Shown here one piece after another: positions 25,338-39,794 of a stretch of 64,000 bases of DNA (position 1 is its first letter; each line of letters starts with the position of its first letter). Both the position numbers and the translations under genes were made by a program. The notes beneath the pieces are model-generated. The model saw only the letters and a list, made by a program, of their open reading frames with translations, did no database searches and was not told the DNA's origin. The stretch is from Trichoplax adhaerens (taxonomy: Eukaryota; Animalia; Placozoa): positions 2,490,297 through 2,554,296 of the forward strand of contig NW_002060951.1 in the NCBI RefSeq assembly GCF_000150275.1, read 5' to 3'.

Positions 25338-27342
25338 CCGAAACAAAAACAAATTTAATTAATTAAATATCCGTCACTTCTTTTTAAATGTATACAACAT
25401 GCACTATTCTTACTATGTTATAACTCAAAATTTACGAGCTAGACTCGTTGTTTATATCTTATTTTTAATAAAGCTCAGCATCTATAGCAGTATTAACAAT
25501 ATTAAATAACAAAATGGTAAAAGCAATAATTAAGGGTACGTAATTGCGCTGACTATGAATTTGGTAAGCTTATTCATCGGACACTATTCTAATTTCGTTT
25601 TGATTAATAAATTAATAGCATACATATTCATCTCAGATCGATATTGATAATTAACTGAAGATCTAATGTAGTAGATAAAGAATTGCCTCTTGTACTAAAT
25701 GGCTAGCTGCTCAGATATACTAGCTATTTTCAAATGCTGCATTAAAGATCTCACTAAGCAATCTGAAATTTCTCCATTGAAGTTTTTGGTGCTTATAAAA
25801 TGCAACTACTTTATGATAGAATAATGATAAGTCATTTCTTGTATTATATGAATCTGTCAAATTTAGTATTTCAATTGAAGTTATTAGTTTACAATACTTT
25901 ATTCGATTAAAATTTCGTGTCAATGCGATAATTATATTGTAAGCTGCTAAATTTCATCAGTGCCAAAGCATATAAGTTGTTCTATAGCCCTTCGTGAGAA
26001 ATAATTGCTTTATTAGACAAGGTTATATAAACGTATAATTATTATTCAATTGTTATAAAAGTACCGTATCAAAAAATAATATTTATGATGACGGTAATAT
26101 TGGTAAGTACGCGTAACTAAACCTGATAATACGATAACTAGTATAGCAAATCACCTTCCTGAAATTGTTATGTAGAATGGTAGTAATTTACATGCAAGCA
26201 TATGAACACAGTTGTTAGTGTTCAGTTACAGTTACGTCACTTTTCTTGCGGATATAATAGTATTAACTATTAACAAAAGCTGCAAGAGATTATCGTTACC
26301 TTATTTCCTGTAAGCACAGCAAATAAATCGTAGAGTGCAATCGCTGATGGCTCAAACTTTTAACAACGCACCTCTAGTTAAGAATTAATAGGATACTAAC
26401 TGCCTATTATACAATGAAAAGGATAGATCTCACTATATAACATATGTAATATTTATCTTGCTTTCAATTTTATAACAGCACGATTAACTAACAATTTATT
26501 TGCCTCGATTGTTAAAAACAATATGGATTTTTGATCTTGCTGGTTCTAGATACTTGGCTTTATTTGAGCATCCGGTGATGAAGTTTAAGAATGTTAGTAT
26601 GATAGTGTAAATTAAAATTGCCCTGGTATTCTACCACAGCGAGCAAAAACAATTAGAAAAGATTTTAGTTCCAATGGCCAATAGCAATATTTCTCTATAT
26701 AAAGTAAATACAATACCGTAGTATATGAGCTATTATATCTTGCAATCAAAGAATACACAATATTATACAGTACCTTGTACGTCAGAATAAATCCTATAAT
26801 AGGTAGAGATACCATATGATTTATCATCAACTAAATACATATGTTGGATTTACAGTAATAAAATAGGTACGGTACCTATGATTCGATACTACAGTACACA
26901 AGCAACCGTAAAAGTTGGTCCATTACATATAGAAAATTAATTATTCAGAATGATATAAGGTGTCAGATAGACAATAGAGCAAAAAGTGATAAAATATTTT
27001 TAGAATCGTTTTTACTTAGTTTTCATTAATGCTGCTAACGGATCTGACTAAGAAAGACAGATAGATCTATCTAAGGACTACGCTAGAAGTTACAATACTG
27101 TACACGTACGCGTACATGTAGTTGTAGTGCAGTATTAAATTGATTAAAGGAGATTTATAAATAGATAGTAGGTACAATATATGTATATATATATACCTTC
27201 ATATGTACTACAGCAACAAATCCATCTCCATTTATTAAAAATTTAAACAATAAATCATAGTGTCCACTTAGCAATAAACTTCTTCAGGTTTATTTTAAAA
27301 TTAAGATCATATGACATAGTTCAGTACAGTAGTAGTGTTATT

Positions 27343-29611
27343 ATGTCAGAGCAACACCAAGATGAACCTCATAGTCCGGTAACTAAAAGTTCTGCGGCTG
27401 ATGGTGAGCGTCAAGTTGGTATAATAAAACTAGCTGCTATTCAAATTAAAACGGAAGCAAGTAGTGTTTATGAAAAGACAGATGGTATACATTGCTACGA
27501 TGCCATGCAGGATGGTAATAAATCACCTTCTCAGGTAAATCGATGAATATCAACTTTAGCACTGATTCACTGTGACCGCAAAGCTATTTTAGAAGTAAGA
27601 TTGATATCCTTTTTGAACGTGGTATTATTGATAGCAATAGTAGTTAATGCGATTATTTACTCTAAGCAACTACGAAAACCTAGATATGCTAGTTTAGTAA
27701 CTTAGCATTGTGCTTAAAATATTTGAAATTAAGAATGATGACTAGCGAAACCAGAATAATGTAATCTAAGGTGCGATTAGTAGAAGTACATTGATGGTAT
27801 TCCCTTATTATAACATTATTAATCAGTTTCGTCGATTTAAACGTTAACCAGCTTCTAGATTTGGTGATATCAATTTTTACTATTATTACGATGGTTAAAA
27901 TTGCTCTTTCAATTCAACAGATGTATGGATATACTAAATTATTTCAGTAAGAGTTAGTTTAGTATACGTAAAATAGTGAACAGCCCAATTTTAGTACACT
28001 TTTGGTGAAAGAGAGTGGGTGCTTTCTAATTGCTCTATACTAATCAGTAATTTGCATTAAGTGCGGTGGAAGCACAGTTTTAAAACTAAGTAACTGTAGT
28101 CTAATGGAAAGTAGCACTAAAATAGTTGAAATTGATTAAATAGTTATCATCAATCTTAATTGAACAATCGCTATCTAATGTAATCATCTCAAACTAAGTA
28201 GTTCTCTTCATATGAAATGATTCGCACTTAGCTTACTTCAATCGAAATTACGCTATTTTTTGTTTCTAATATTATTGGCAATTGTGTAAAGGGGAACGAA
28301 GACTGTCATGATAATTTATCGCCAGAAGATCCTTTAAAACATTCCGATTCTAATCTGTAAGTTTCTTTTTATACATATAAGCACATACGATGTATAATGT
28401 ATTACTCTACCCAAAACTAATCAATTCATACAATATATGATATGTTACTGTAGGATTCTTTGATATTTTAGTAGCAAGGCTGAGTATTGAATCATCATAG
28501 TTGCTCATCAAATAAGTAACTGTTTTGCTACAATACTGCAGATCGGAAATAATTTATGTCGGTAATTGAATACACACCACGCATCCATAAATTTTTGGTG
28601 GTTATATGCCTATACAGTAGCGAATCGGTATAGTCTAATAATCTATGTGCGTGTAATCGATCTTTGCACACTTCTTGATTAAATACTTTAGATCTGACGA
28701 GCTAGAAGTCGATCAAAACAGCTTCAGGTAAACGGAATGTGTCGAATCTGCTATCAGCTTTAAGTCTTCTTACATATGATCTCTTCGTTCTTCTTTTTAA
28801 GAATCTTTATTTAAATCGTCAGACTATCTTTTCGAGAACTTCGTTTATTTTTATACAAATATGTATATTTATATACGAACATTGATTAACATTTTCAATA
28901 TTTCTAAATTATCAGTAATCTTTTTAAGCATCCTTACATAAGGAAGCAGTGGCGGTCGATCGCTTTAGCGGGCGTATTGCTATTGGCTGGATTTAGTAAG
29001 TCACCTTATCACCTACGTAAAGATCATATAATATATTCATAAAAGCGAAAGTGCGAACTATTCTTCGACTTAGCTATGAAAATCATAATAGTTGATTGTA
29101 TGGTATCACACTACTCATATGATTACTATGGCAATAACGTACGAATACTTTAGTTATTACACATTAATGATAAAGACCTGTGTTACAGTGTAAGTTCAAC
29201 ACAGTTAGTACGGTAATCTGTTTAGATTTATTTTTTTAACATTTTAAGCGTGCTTATGTTACTTGTAGGTTTCTTGATGACCGGAGTTATATTAATAATC
29301 AATCACAGTAGTGGTGAGCAAACACTACGTTATCTATTATACCATAAAAGAGATTAATTGAAATTGTTTTGAATCTAGTTTTTATTTATTTACTTGAGCA
29401 GACACTAAAAGCCTGGTTTTCTTCCTATGTTCGGCCTTATGCTTATTGCCTAGCGGTAAGATAATAATCTATGCTTTTAAACTTTAATGACAGATTTATG
29501 AACATAATTTCGCTCTTTTCTTGCAGTTTATCAAATAGGAATCACTTTTTCTGCCATAAGGCAAAGGAAAGATTATAATTTACAGACTTATTCATTAGAT
29601 TAGCATATTAA
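27343..29611 (+). CDS. TMEM134/TMEM230 (DUF872)-like small two-TM protein; exons 27343-27534, 28292-28356, 28692-28727, 28916-28995, 29269-29313, 29402-29455, 29527-29611
   Basis: Seven short exons splice in frame. An acidic disordered N-terminus is followed by HPYIRKQWRSIALAGVLLLAGFSFLMTGVILII...LVFFLCSALCLLPSVYQIGITFSAIRQRKDYNF, resembling the TMEM134 C-terminal pattern. Confidence 0.7.
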
Positions 29612-30941
29612 TTTGCCCTCTTACTTCGAAGTTAGTTTAGCTATGCAAAATTACTGTATACGAACAGACACAAGAATATGTAAACTCGATTAAATGCTAT
29701 GTTCTTGGAAGATTCATTTTATTTCCTATAATATGTATTAGGATATGAAGATCATTAAAAGATAGCTAAATGTTAAATAAGTAATTTTAGATTGTATCAG
29801 GCGTCTGAGTTTAAGTCTCCACGTTCTTTAGTTAGATATGGTAATCGAATCAAGAAATATTAATGCAAAGTTATTTCAACGATACCTCAACGATATCGAA
29901 ATATCTAAATTTTCCTTCTTTAATATTAATTAGAATAACGGCAATCTTGTTATAAGTTAAACCTTCAGCGTGTTACGTATAATTATTGTAATTTTATAAC
30001 TCCAGATCAAAAGTTGAACATAGATTATATAGCGTCATGTGTGTAATAATGCATAAATTTTCTCAATCTCATAAAATGAATACGATAAATGTACCTGTAT
30101 ATAGTCAATAAATTTTAATGTTTACAGCTTAAATACTGAAGCAAAGAATTCACATATCGATGCGAATACAATTTAAATAAATAGTAAGACTAGCGTTTGA
30201 TTTTATAGAATTGCATATACGTCACGTTAAAGTTATTAATAGAGCAAATCCTAGTTGCGTAAGTATTTTATTAATTGATATTTTCAAAAACGAGCCCCAA
30301 AAATTACATTAACAACTTAACGTGAATGGTGTAGTTTTCGGCGTGTACGTATATTTTTATGAGGGCTTTATAATAGTATCCGAGAGGAAATTGGAACTCC
30401 GTATCAAATACTTAGGTATCAACTGCAGATGTTTTTCATGATATGCTACATTCTCTTGCAAATTAATGACAAGCTTACAATTAACTACCCATTGCTTATA
30501 TGTTACCTAAAATATACTTTCAGAATAATCAAATATATTAGCTATAACGTTGTATTCTAAATTGAAAAAATTTTTATGTTTCCTATAATTTCTTAGCTGA
30601 CTTTATAGGAAGCATTTTTACCGTATACAGCGTAATAATTTTAAATTTGCGAAGGTATACATATCTGACCATTAACAATTTTCTAAAATTTTATTATTAA
30701 TTTTTTATTTTGATCTTTATAAATATGTAAGGGGGCAATAAAGATGAAAGTGTTTTATCAGCTTTAGTTTACGCTATGAGTAGAAAGACTGCCATCCATT
30801 AAATCAAACAGCTTCAACTGATAATTTCACTACGTCTGAAAAAGTAACAAATTTAATACTTGACAAAGTAAATAATGATAAGATGGCTGATTTAATGTTA
30901 TGTACATCATCTCATTGGATGTAAAGTTGATCCTTCTCGGA

Positions 30942-33679
30942 TTACTGATTATCTTGATTATCGATTTCATTACAGACTTGTTCGTATAGTTGCCTAGCAT
31001 TGTCATTCCTAGTTGCAGCTTTGCCATACCATTCCTTTGCTTTTCTGATGTCCTTATTTACACCGATGCCATTATAGTACATATTGGCCAGATTAACCTA
31101 ATTTCAATAATGAATTACTTAGTAAACATTTGTTAGAGTTGATATCAAGCACTATATTATTCATCTATTTGTAAAAATATTACATGGCCTATAGCCTTAA
31201 CTGTTAAATCTTTATGCACTTTCATATACGAATTCTATATTTAAACAATATTCCTTGAATTCATATAGAACAATAAATTTACGAGAAGCTGTATTACGTC
31301 AATATATCACTATCACGTTCAGTGCAAAAGTGCAAAAGTGTTAAGTGCCTAACACCTGTGCATATGGAAAGCCCTGCTCTGCTGCTGCAGTAAAATATTC
31401 GGCAGCCATTTTGAAGTCTGCTGTGACACCATTTCCAGAAAAATAGTGAGTTCCAACATTATATAGTGCCATGACGTTTCCTAAGACAGAATATATTAAA
31501 GAATTGTATCACAAGGATATAGCACATTAGAGTAGTACTAGAGTATCCAAATTGGTTAAAGATTCGGATCCGAAGTAACATTACAGTTATTAGCAAGTAC
31601 CTTGTGAAGCTGCAATTTCATAGTGTTTGAATGCATGTTCGTGAGATTGATCTACTCCTAATCCATGTGAATAACAATAAGCTAATGATATGTGGGCATC
31701 AACATCATGTCTCTGCGCTGCTTCCTTATAATAACTGATAGATTTCGGTAGATCCTGATCTACACCCAGGCCCTGTCGGTATATGTGACCTTTTCCGTTC
31801 AATACAGGTAACGATCAGATCAAGAGTAAAATTTTGAAATTATATGACAATGGTATAGTAGATTTCGAAACTGAAAATAGAGTAAATAGTTGTTCACATC
31901 AGTTATGAATGAAGGTATTATATGCTTACCGAGCATTGTGCCTGCTGCTGCGATTCCATTCATTTTACTAGTCTAAAGGTAATTCTAGAATTTAATGATA
32001 ATATACGTATAGCCTTGTATGTACAAATTAAGCATCAAATTTAGTTTTTTTCCATACATTATATAAATCATGAGCAATGTCATAGTCTTGCTTTACACCG
32101 TTACCCTTGAGATACATTCCTGCAAGCGCATACTAAATGATAAAAACGTAATATTGATGTATTAATTAGCGTCCAAGAATCAACCTTGAAGTGCGTTGTG
32201 ATCTATAGTTTGAGGTACTGTTTCCAAGGAAGTTTTACTGCATGTAATTACCGGATATACGAGCTGTACTGATCTATAGTATATAGACTAATTGTGCCAG
32301 GTAATGGCATTAATTTAATGTAAATCAGATTCAGAAATCCTATTTTGGTTGGGATGATAAATATTTAGAGATGTTTGAGTTACACCATAGAATCTAGATT
32401 TAAAGATAAAAACCTGTGCATATGGATGACCCTTTGAAGATAGTTCAGTCATCATTGCAGCTGCTTCTGGTAAATCTGCAGCAATACCTTGTCCTTCAAC
32501 ATAAAATAAGGTAAAACAATGCGTACAGTGTTGAAATAAAATAGTTCGAAGTGTCTAACATATATAAATTACCTGTTCTCAATAACTGAGCATAGCTATA
32601 TTTCGCTTGAATGTTACCCCTCATTGCAGCTGATCGAAGGAGTTGAGCAGCAACCTTGATAGACTCTTCTCCGACTGAAATAGAAAGCTCTTATGTCGAG
32701 AAATATTGTTAAAATTCGAATTTTGATACTAATATTAACCTTCAGTTTCTGTTTCGTAGGTTAAAATTGCAAGCTCTACCAACTCTTCCGGACTGACTGT
32801 ATACAATGCATGCGACGTATCGGTTAATTGCTACGATATTGTGAATTTTGAAGCTTCGTAAGAAACTGGTAAATCCAGTTTTACAATGAACTTATACGCG
32901 GATATCCTACCTTTTATGGCGTCCTGGTCAAGGTAAGTTGCACCAATCTCACCATCAGCTACTGAGAATGCAATCTCTAAAATACTTAATTGCTTTTTTA
33001 TTAATTCTTCGTCTCGTTTTTCTTTCTTCCGTAAATTTTTCTTAACAAGTCTTGCGATATCTACCTGTTCCACTATGAAAGTAGTGACGTTAACGTTACT
33101 AGAATGTTTGGTAGAAGAAATGCTTCATGCCGCGTAGATCAAATCTCTGCAATAAGCCAATCCCTTAACTAAGCTAATCGGATTACCCGTACCAATATTA
33201 ACCATTAAATGTAAACTATTGCGTGAAAGTCTGCTAAAGCAACCAACTAGAATTAATTTTGGTAAACGTGTGTTCGTTTAAGTACGTTTATGCAACAATA
33301 TCCTATGTGCGGTAGGGTGCCCACTGCACAGCTACTACTATATTACAAGAGGATACAGTATTCGTACTGCATATGATCCCTGACCTGAGAGAAATTTCTT
33401 CCGTTTTGAATCAGGTGAAGATTGTTGATCAGAATATAGTCTGGATAGGACTTGTACATTGCTGCATCTTATCTGTATTGCATCTTTCATAGACGTTACT
33501 AGTGTGAAAGAGTTACAAGCATAATAAGAATATAAATATTTTGATCGACGAATCCAACCGGACGACAACACATTACGATCGATCTGCATAGCACTATACT
33601 GCCTGCAATGAGTCAAAGCAAAGTTTGTTAGGCACCGTCTGCCAACCGGAGAAAAGTAACAACGAAGCATTATCGCCAT
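30942..33679 (-). CDS. Sel1-like-repeat protein (about 6 repeats) with a mitochondrial presequence-like N-terminus, about 10 exons
   Basis: Repeats such as YALAGMYLKGNGVKQDYDIA, LGHIYRQGLGVDQDLPKSISYYKEAA, LAYCYSHGLGVDQSHEHAFKHYEIAA and LANMYYNGIGVIKDIRKAKEWYGKAA. Arg/Ser-rich leader MAIMLRCYFSPVGRRCL. Start codon is approximate. Confidence 0.82.
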
Positions 33680-33811
33680 TCCTCTATACAGTATATTAGG
33701 GTAAAAAGTTTTTGCAATGGTGCAATCCCTACTCGGTACACATTCGAGTGCCTTACTCACACAATGAGATTTATTAATAACGATTGTAGTATTTTGTTAC
33801 GTTATTTTTAA

Positions 33812-34200
33812 TTACTGTACTACTATCGTTATCCTGGAGACTGGAGCCTTGTGTCAGACTGTACAGTGTACAGTATGCAATAATGTACTAGCAGTAGAGT
33901 ACCACTCAGCGTACAGTTCTGAACACCGAACAATAATAATACGCATGTTGCTCTTTGCACTGCTGCCACTTTTCTTTCATTATCCCTGTTGCACTGAGCT
34001 ATGGAGCTATTAGTTATTTCATACATTAGTTTGGTCTTTAGACTTCTAGATCTAGAAGTCCATGGTTCGCTATTACTGTACAATGTACATTGTATAGTGC
34101 ATATATATGACATGCTGTACGCTGTACAGTATATAATAACATATGCGCGTAGCAAATAAAATACGAGTACTGTACACATGCAAACGAACCTACTGTACTT
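33812..34200. repeat. Dispersed CAGTA/TACTG cluster immediately upstream of the Sel1-repeat gene
   Basis: Repeated ctgtacagt, tactgtac and agtactgtac copies over about 400 bp. Confidence 0.65.
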
Positions 34201-35762
34201 ACTCAAGTTATTAGCGATCAATACTTTTATAATTTACTTTACTCCTTAGTATTGTTGTGTATTACTATCTAGAGCTGATACTAACAACCGTATTGAAGGT
34301 TCGTATTATTCTCAATTAGCATGGAGACAAGAAATTGAACGCGTAGTTAAAGTTATTGTAAAACTAACTACTAGCTCCTACTCTCTTTATTGTATTAAAA
34401 AAAACGGCGGCTTATATACGTGACCGTTTACATTTACAACGCAATATAATTGCAAGTTTGTTTAATACTTAATTCATTAGTGTGGGCAGTACAATCTACA
34501 ATTAACACGTAGAATTAACAAGTGTAGAAAAACAAATTTTTAGAATACTATAAATAATAAAATATAATCATCACGATTATTATTATGTAACCTGTGACAA
34601 TAGCAAATTTGTAACATACTAAATTAAGGTAATGTCGAATTAACGCAAACACACAATAGCAATCTTAAATGTACCATAACCGATTAATCCTGTATATAGT
34701 AATCCATCGTATTAAACGTACAATTCAATAAATATAGCGTAGTATACAATAGGTATCATTACAGACTGAGATACCGTATCTATGGATATTAGGCTAAGGG
34801 CTTTAAGATGAACGATGCATCACACCCTTAAGGGTATTTTTAAATACTTACAATGGAGAAACAGCATCTACTCGTATTTTCTTGTATGTAAGCTGTCATA
34901 TGCTGTAGAATACTTGTAAATCTCATGATGGCAATCAAGCCTTGTTAAAGAGTCAATGGACATAAAAATTTATGTTCGACTTTATTCTTGCAAAGTAGCT
35001 CACTTTTCAAACTTACGAGGTAAATACTGAACATGTACACAGTATATAAGCAGTGTTTACTGTATTACTGTATACATTACACACGTAGTACTGTACAAGC
35101 ATGACAGGTGGTAACATAAAGGCACAATATATAAAATATTATCAGCTATGTTTCTTCTTTTAATTCTTTTAAATTACAAATCGCGTAACTATTAAGGAAT
35201 ACGTATGAGTACATAATAAATCTAAAATCTAAAATCCAATTCCCCTTATTAATAAAATTGTTTATTAATACATATTTACTAGAAGTACTAAGATTAATTA
35301 GAGCGTCATTTAGAGGTAAAATTGAAATTTAGATCTTGCCAAAAAATTTTCGGTTCCTCCTCCTAATCAATAAGAAATAATTCCCGCAGGGGAGAAGGAA
35401 AAGGAATACAGTTACGGTATTGCTACTCTTGAAGAGAATTAGATAGTTTTGTAAAATATAGTCAAACGCCTCATATGATAAACAGTAGAAACATCGCTTG
35501 AATAAGAAAATGTACATGACATATCAAATATAAAGTTAACATATCAGAAGTTCCCGGATGTGAAGCTCTAGCGTTGTCAGAATTTAGTTAAATGTAATTT
35601 AACAAGTAAAATGGAAAATTCGCACTAAAGATATATTAAAATCTCATAATTTAAACGAATTTAAAGAATCGGAAGAAAGTATCAATTACTATTAGAACTT
35701 TATTTATACAATACAGAATAAAAAATGAACATAGATAGTCCGGTAATCGACGAATGATTAAC

Positions 35763-38700
35763 TTAACGTTCTAAGGATACTGGTTCCAGTGATGGTCTTA
35801 TCGTTTGATCGAAAGTTTCACTAAGGATAAATCTCAAAGCGGCTTTAAATGTGACAACACTGTAACTATATAAAAAGCAAGAAAGAGTAGAGTTTATCCT
35901 TATAGAACGACAACTCTTCCCTAAGAAACGTATATTTCTCATACTTATTTTCAGAATTTGGAAATTCTGTCCAATGAAAAGTTTCAATGAACTTTATATG
36001 ACTTGGTAGACTCTCTATAATAAATTGAATAGTACAATAAAATATACGTTTTTTTTTAATTAATATAAAGATAAGGTGAAAGTATCCAATCTTACCATAC
36101 GAGGAGCGGATAATCACGACAACCTAGATATCAAGATAAAAAGAATAAGGGAAATTCTGGCAGTAAGAATTACAAGTAACTCTTTGTTTTACGCAAATAC
36201 CAATAGCGAAATAAGTTCATCTGATGTTACTGTTACTCCTTCCTTATGTTGCCCTTCGCGAAAGACTAATAATAATAAAAATTGTGAGTCCATTAAAAAA
36301 ATAAAATTTTAAGAGCTACAAAGTAATTATATGTAAATCAGATGATATCTGATACCGAAATTTTAAAACATGTAACTAGATTACAGCATCAGCTGATATC
36401 ACTACTTCTTACCAAGTAATCCGTCATCCTTTACACGACGATGTGCATTTACGTCAGCTATAACTGTATCCTAATTATAACAAGTTTACTAAGATTTATT
36501 TTATTCTTAGTATCTTAGTTCAGCTCATATATAAGCTATGCCCGTCTACGAAACTCTTACAATAATTTTCTTTAAGCAGCCAGACTTTTGTAAGGGAGTA
36601 CTGCAGGTATCCAGATGTCTTATGGCCTTGATCTGGAAACATTTTAACAGTGTTGACATTATTAATTTTCATTTACTAACACATGTTAAAATATCAGCTA
36701 ATACGGAGGTAGCATACCGCTGAGTTAAGTGGGCAACAGAATTTAGGATCTAGTCTCAAAGCTTTGCCATCAATATTCGGGTTGCCTTCACATTTTTTAA
36801 TTACTTGGGCACATTCATTTTTGCAAGCCTTACTGACAACTTTAAATAGTTGGTCGTGCACTTGATTTAAAATGTAGCTGAGAAATTCAGAATTAAACTA
36901 TTAGATTTCCTAATCATAAATAACTACGATATTGCTAATACAAGTATTTATTGTTCTACACATTAAAGTTTAATAACTTTTAAGTTTATAATAAATAACC
37001 TTTCAAGTGATATCCTAAGTTTATCATTTAATCTTCTATCTATAGCTAGTTGATGATTTCTTTCAAGAATTTGCTGACATAGTGAGACAAAGGAAGAAGC
37101 TGTTATTACTTGCATATATTTACTTTCTCCCTAAATGCAATCAGTTTGCTAAACCTTTTCGCAATTTTCAGCTAGAGATCTCAATTTTTTGGCCGCATGG
37201 TCCAAGTAGCCAACAACCACTACATAGCTTGTAAGAAATGTATAAATACCTTTATCAAGCTCCAGCATTGCCTATGGAATAAAACGTATATTATTGCCTA
37301 TTTTTCGTAGAAAAATAATTAAAGAGTACTTTATTTTACCTCTTTATGCTCAGAAAATTCGAATAAAAAATCATAGCATCTACAAATCGACAGACATAAG
37401 TGAAATGCTTTAGTAAGGCTAGTAGATAGATAGAATAATTTATTTTGACTAACTCTTTCAGCGTTTCAACAGGCTTTAATTTATCTAATATTGAATCTTG
37501 ATCACCATTGCTTGAAGATATCTACAGTATAATTAAACAATTAAATCAAAAATGCGTTTTCGCATTGCTAATGTGCGTAAAGGATTTCATTAATACAGCT
37601 TTTTTGAATAGATTATTTACTCTCTTAATACTTGTACTACCTTAAAGTTCGGATCAAGTGGCTGTTCGATCAGCAGGAATCGATATTGCTCAAATTTCTA
37701 CGGTACAGTAATATTCAATGATAAAATAATCAGAGATATGCATTTACAGACTACCAGCAAGAACTAATAAAATTTGAAAATACTTGAAGAGAACGATTCG
37801 GTAATTTTACCTTATTGTACCCTAGTTCTTCACCAATAATCTGTGTCTCGAAACCTTTCTGAAAACCAGATATAACCTGGATCGTGTTTAATTTTATATT
37901 AAATATAATCTTGTTAGATCCGTCCGTAGCATAATATTGCCTATCGTATTAAATTGAAAAAGAATTAAAAAATACGCTGAATCTCGGATAAGTTAATAGT
38001 ATTTGTTATACGTAAATCTACGTAAACCAAGTAGAATCTTTAATGCTCTATTTATACTTACCCTTGCACGTAAGGAGAGGGTTTTAAAATATGTAGATCT
38101 ATAATTGTAAAATAGTAGAATTTTTACTGTGGTAAACATAGTATAGAAACTTTCGAGTAATCATATCGTATAAAATATTTCGTAATGAAATAAAGCTAGG
38201 CTATTCCATATACAGTAAGTAAGGTACATTCGAGACCCGATTTTTATAGAAAAATTTTGAAATACTCGTATACATGTATAGATAGCGCTAAGTATCTGTT
38301 GAAGATTAAGGTGAACATATTGTTTTAGGCTATATTTAATGCTATTTTTACAACGTATAGTATAACACTACTGAACTAGTACTATAATATATAATTGGTA
38401 TAATTAACGGATATAATCTTTCAATACATCGATTACACAATATACTACAAAATATCATAGCGTATGACAGGGGAAGATGCACTGGAAACCAGCTATGTCA
38501 ACTGCTATTGATATATTTTACGCTTAATTTATAAGTTTACTTAGAAAAGAATGAATAGTTATCTAATTTTTGTATAAGTAAGTTGTGATTATTTTCGACG
38601 TACAAAATTTATATACTAGGTCCACGGTGACATTACATTTAGTATTGGCTACAATGCTCAGCTAGTAACAGTATAGTAAGTAGGATCAACTGGTTTTAAT

Positions 38701-39723
38701 AATTAAGAAGAAATAATATTAAATAAACAAAAATATTGCTTAACCTGGGTACAGTAGTTATATCTCGTCAAATGGTGAACGTTTGCATTTACAGTACTAT
38801 ACATAACACTATAATCTATTTATAAGGTATATCTCACCAACAAATGCTTTGCTAAACTTCGTAGTTTGGCCGAGTGAATTGCTACAAGGTATACATATGG
38901 TGAAACACTTTTCTTGAGCTGCAGATAGTTGATTGAAGAATTGATTCTGTATTAAGACGGGAATGCAGTAAGACGTGACTTAAATTATGCAATCATTAGT
39001 ATCATATCATTGTCCGAGAGTACTCTCTCATTCCGCTAACATTATACAGCAGTATGCACTTATGAGGGATAGTAACAGTACAGTAAAGCATCACCAGTGC
39101 ATTGTACTTTTAGATGTACCTGACTTTACATTGGTAAAATGTCCCATAGGCCATAAAATGCTGTAATCTACTGCATCTCACTATACTGCACTCGTTTCAA
39201 GTTGAACTTATGCATACGTTATTTTATATTTACGTGGCGTAAAATGTACTATACTGTATTCATTCCTAAACATTCTGCATAATCCTGTAATCGTAGATCT
39301 ACTGTGTTTCACTTGTTTTTTACTTTTTTATAGCAATGTCGCCTTCCGTAGTAAACTTGATCAAAACTCCATCAGTCTGCCTTAAGTAGGCTCATAATAC
39401 GGTAGAAGCCTATTTGAAACCTTCAGAATTACTGCATAAATTGATCCATAGCAAGTTAGGGATCAATAACGATTGCAAGTTAGAAATAATCAATAACCTC
39501 GGTTTCATCTATGACGCAAGTCCTCTATGCTGTACGGAAATATTATACTGTATTTTGCCTTTAAGCCAAAAGGGTTCTCAATACCGGCCGTACAGTACAA
39601 GACAAGTACTGTACAACAGACTGTAATATCACCTAGTATAATATGTTATTCGTTGATCTTATAGATATATTGCACCTGTAGCGCCTGATAAAACGGATTA
39701 AATTCTAGATCTTCGCTCGCCAT
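35763..39723 (-). CDS. ANKRD27/VARP-like protein: VARP N-terminal domain plus VPS9 Rab-GEF domain, no ankyrin repeats seen; many short exons (first four 39723-39676, 38946-38838, 38098-38062, 37940-37811); 3' end uncertain
   Basis: Spliced N-terminus MASEDLEFNPFYQALQNQFFNQLSAAQEKCFTICIPCSNSL...DLHILKP...QYYATDG...GEELGYNK matches the VARP pattern (EDL..NPFY.ALQ...VPC..SL...EE.FYN). VPS9 motifs TPLQKSGCL, VTSDELISLL, SHIKFIETFH and YSVVTFKAALRFIL. Confidence 0.78.
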
Positions 39724-39794
39724 GTTAAGTATTCTGTCATCTTCTTAATAATTTTTAGTTCCTCTAGTTGGGTTCGATTCGAAACCAACGAAGC

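Noticed and set aside
34600-35700. Extra 3' exons of the VARP-like gene or a small separate gene
   Set aside because: Some exon-like segments (e.g. ~34945-34852) exist, but I could not build a frame-consistent, recognisable product.
39767-39790. tRNA suggested by GGTTCGATTC (T-loop/B-box)
   Set aside because: Only a small local hairpin; no acceptor, D or anticodon arms.
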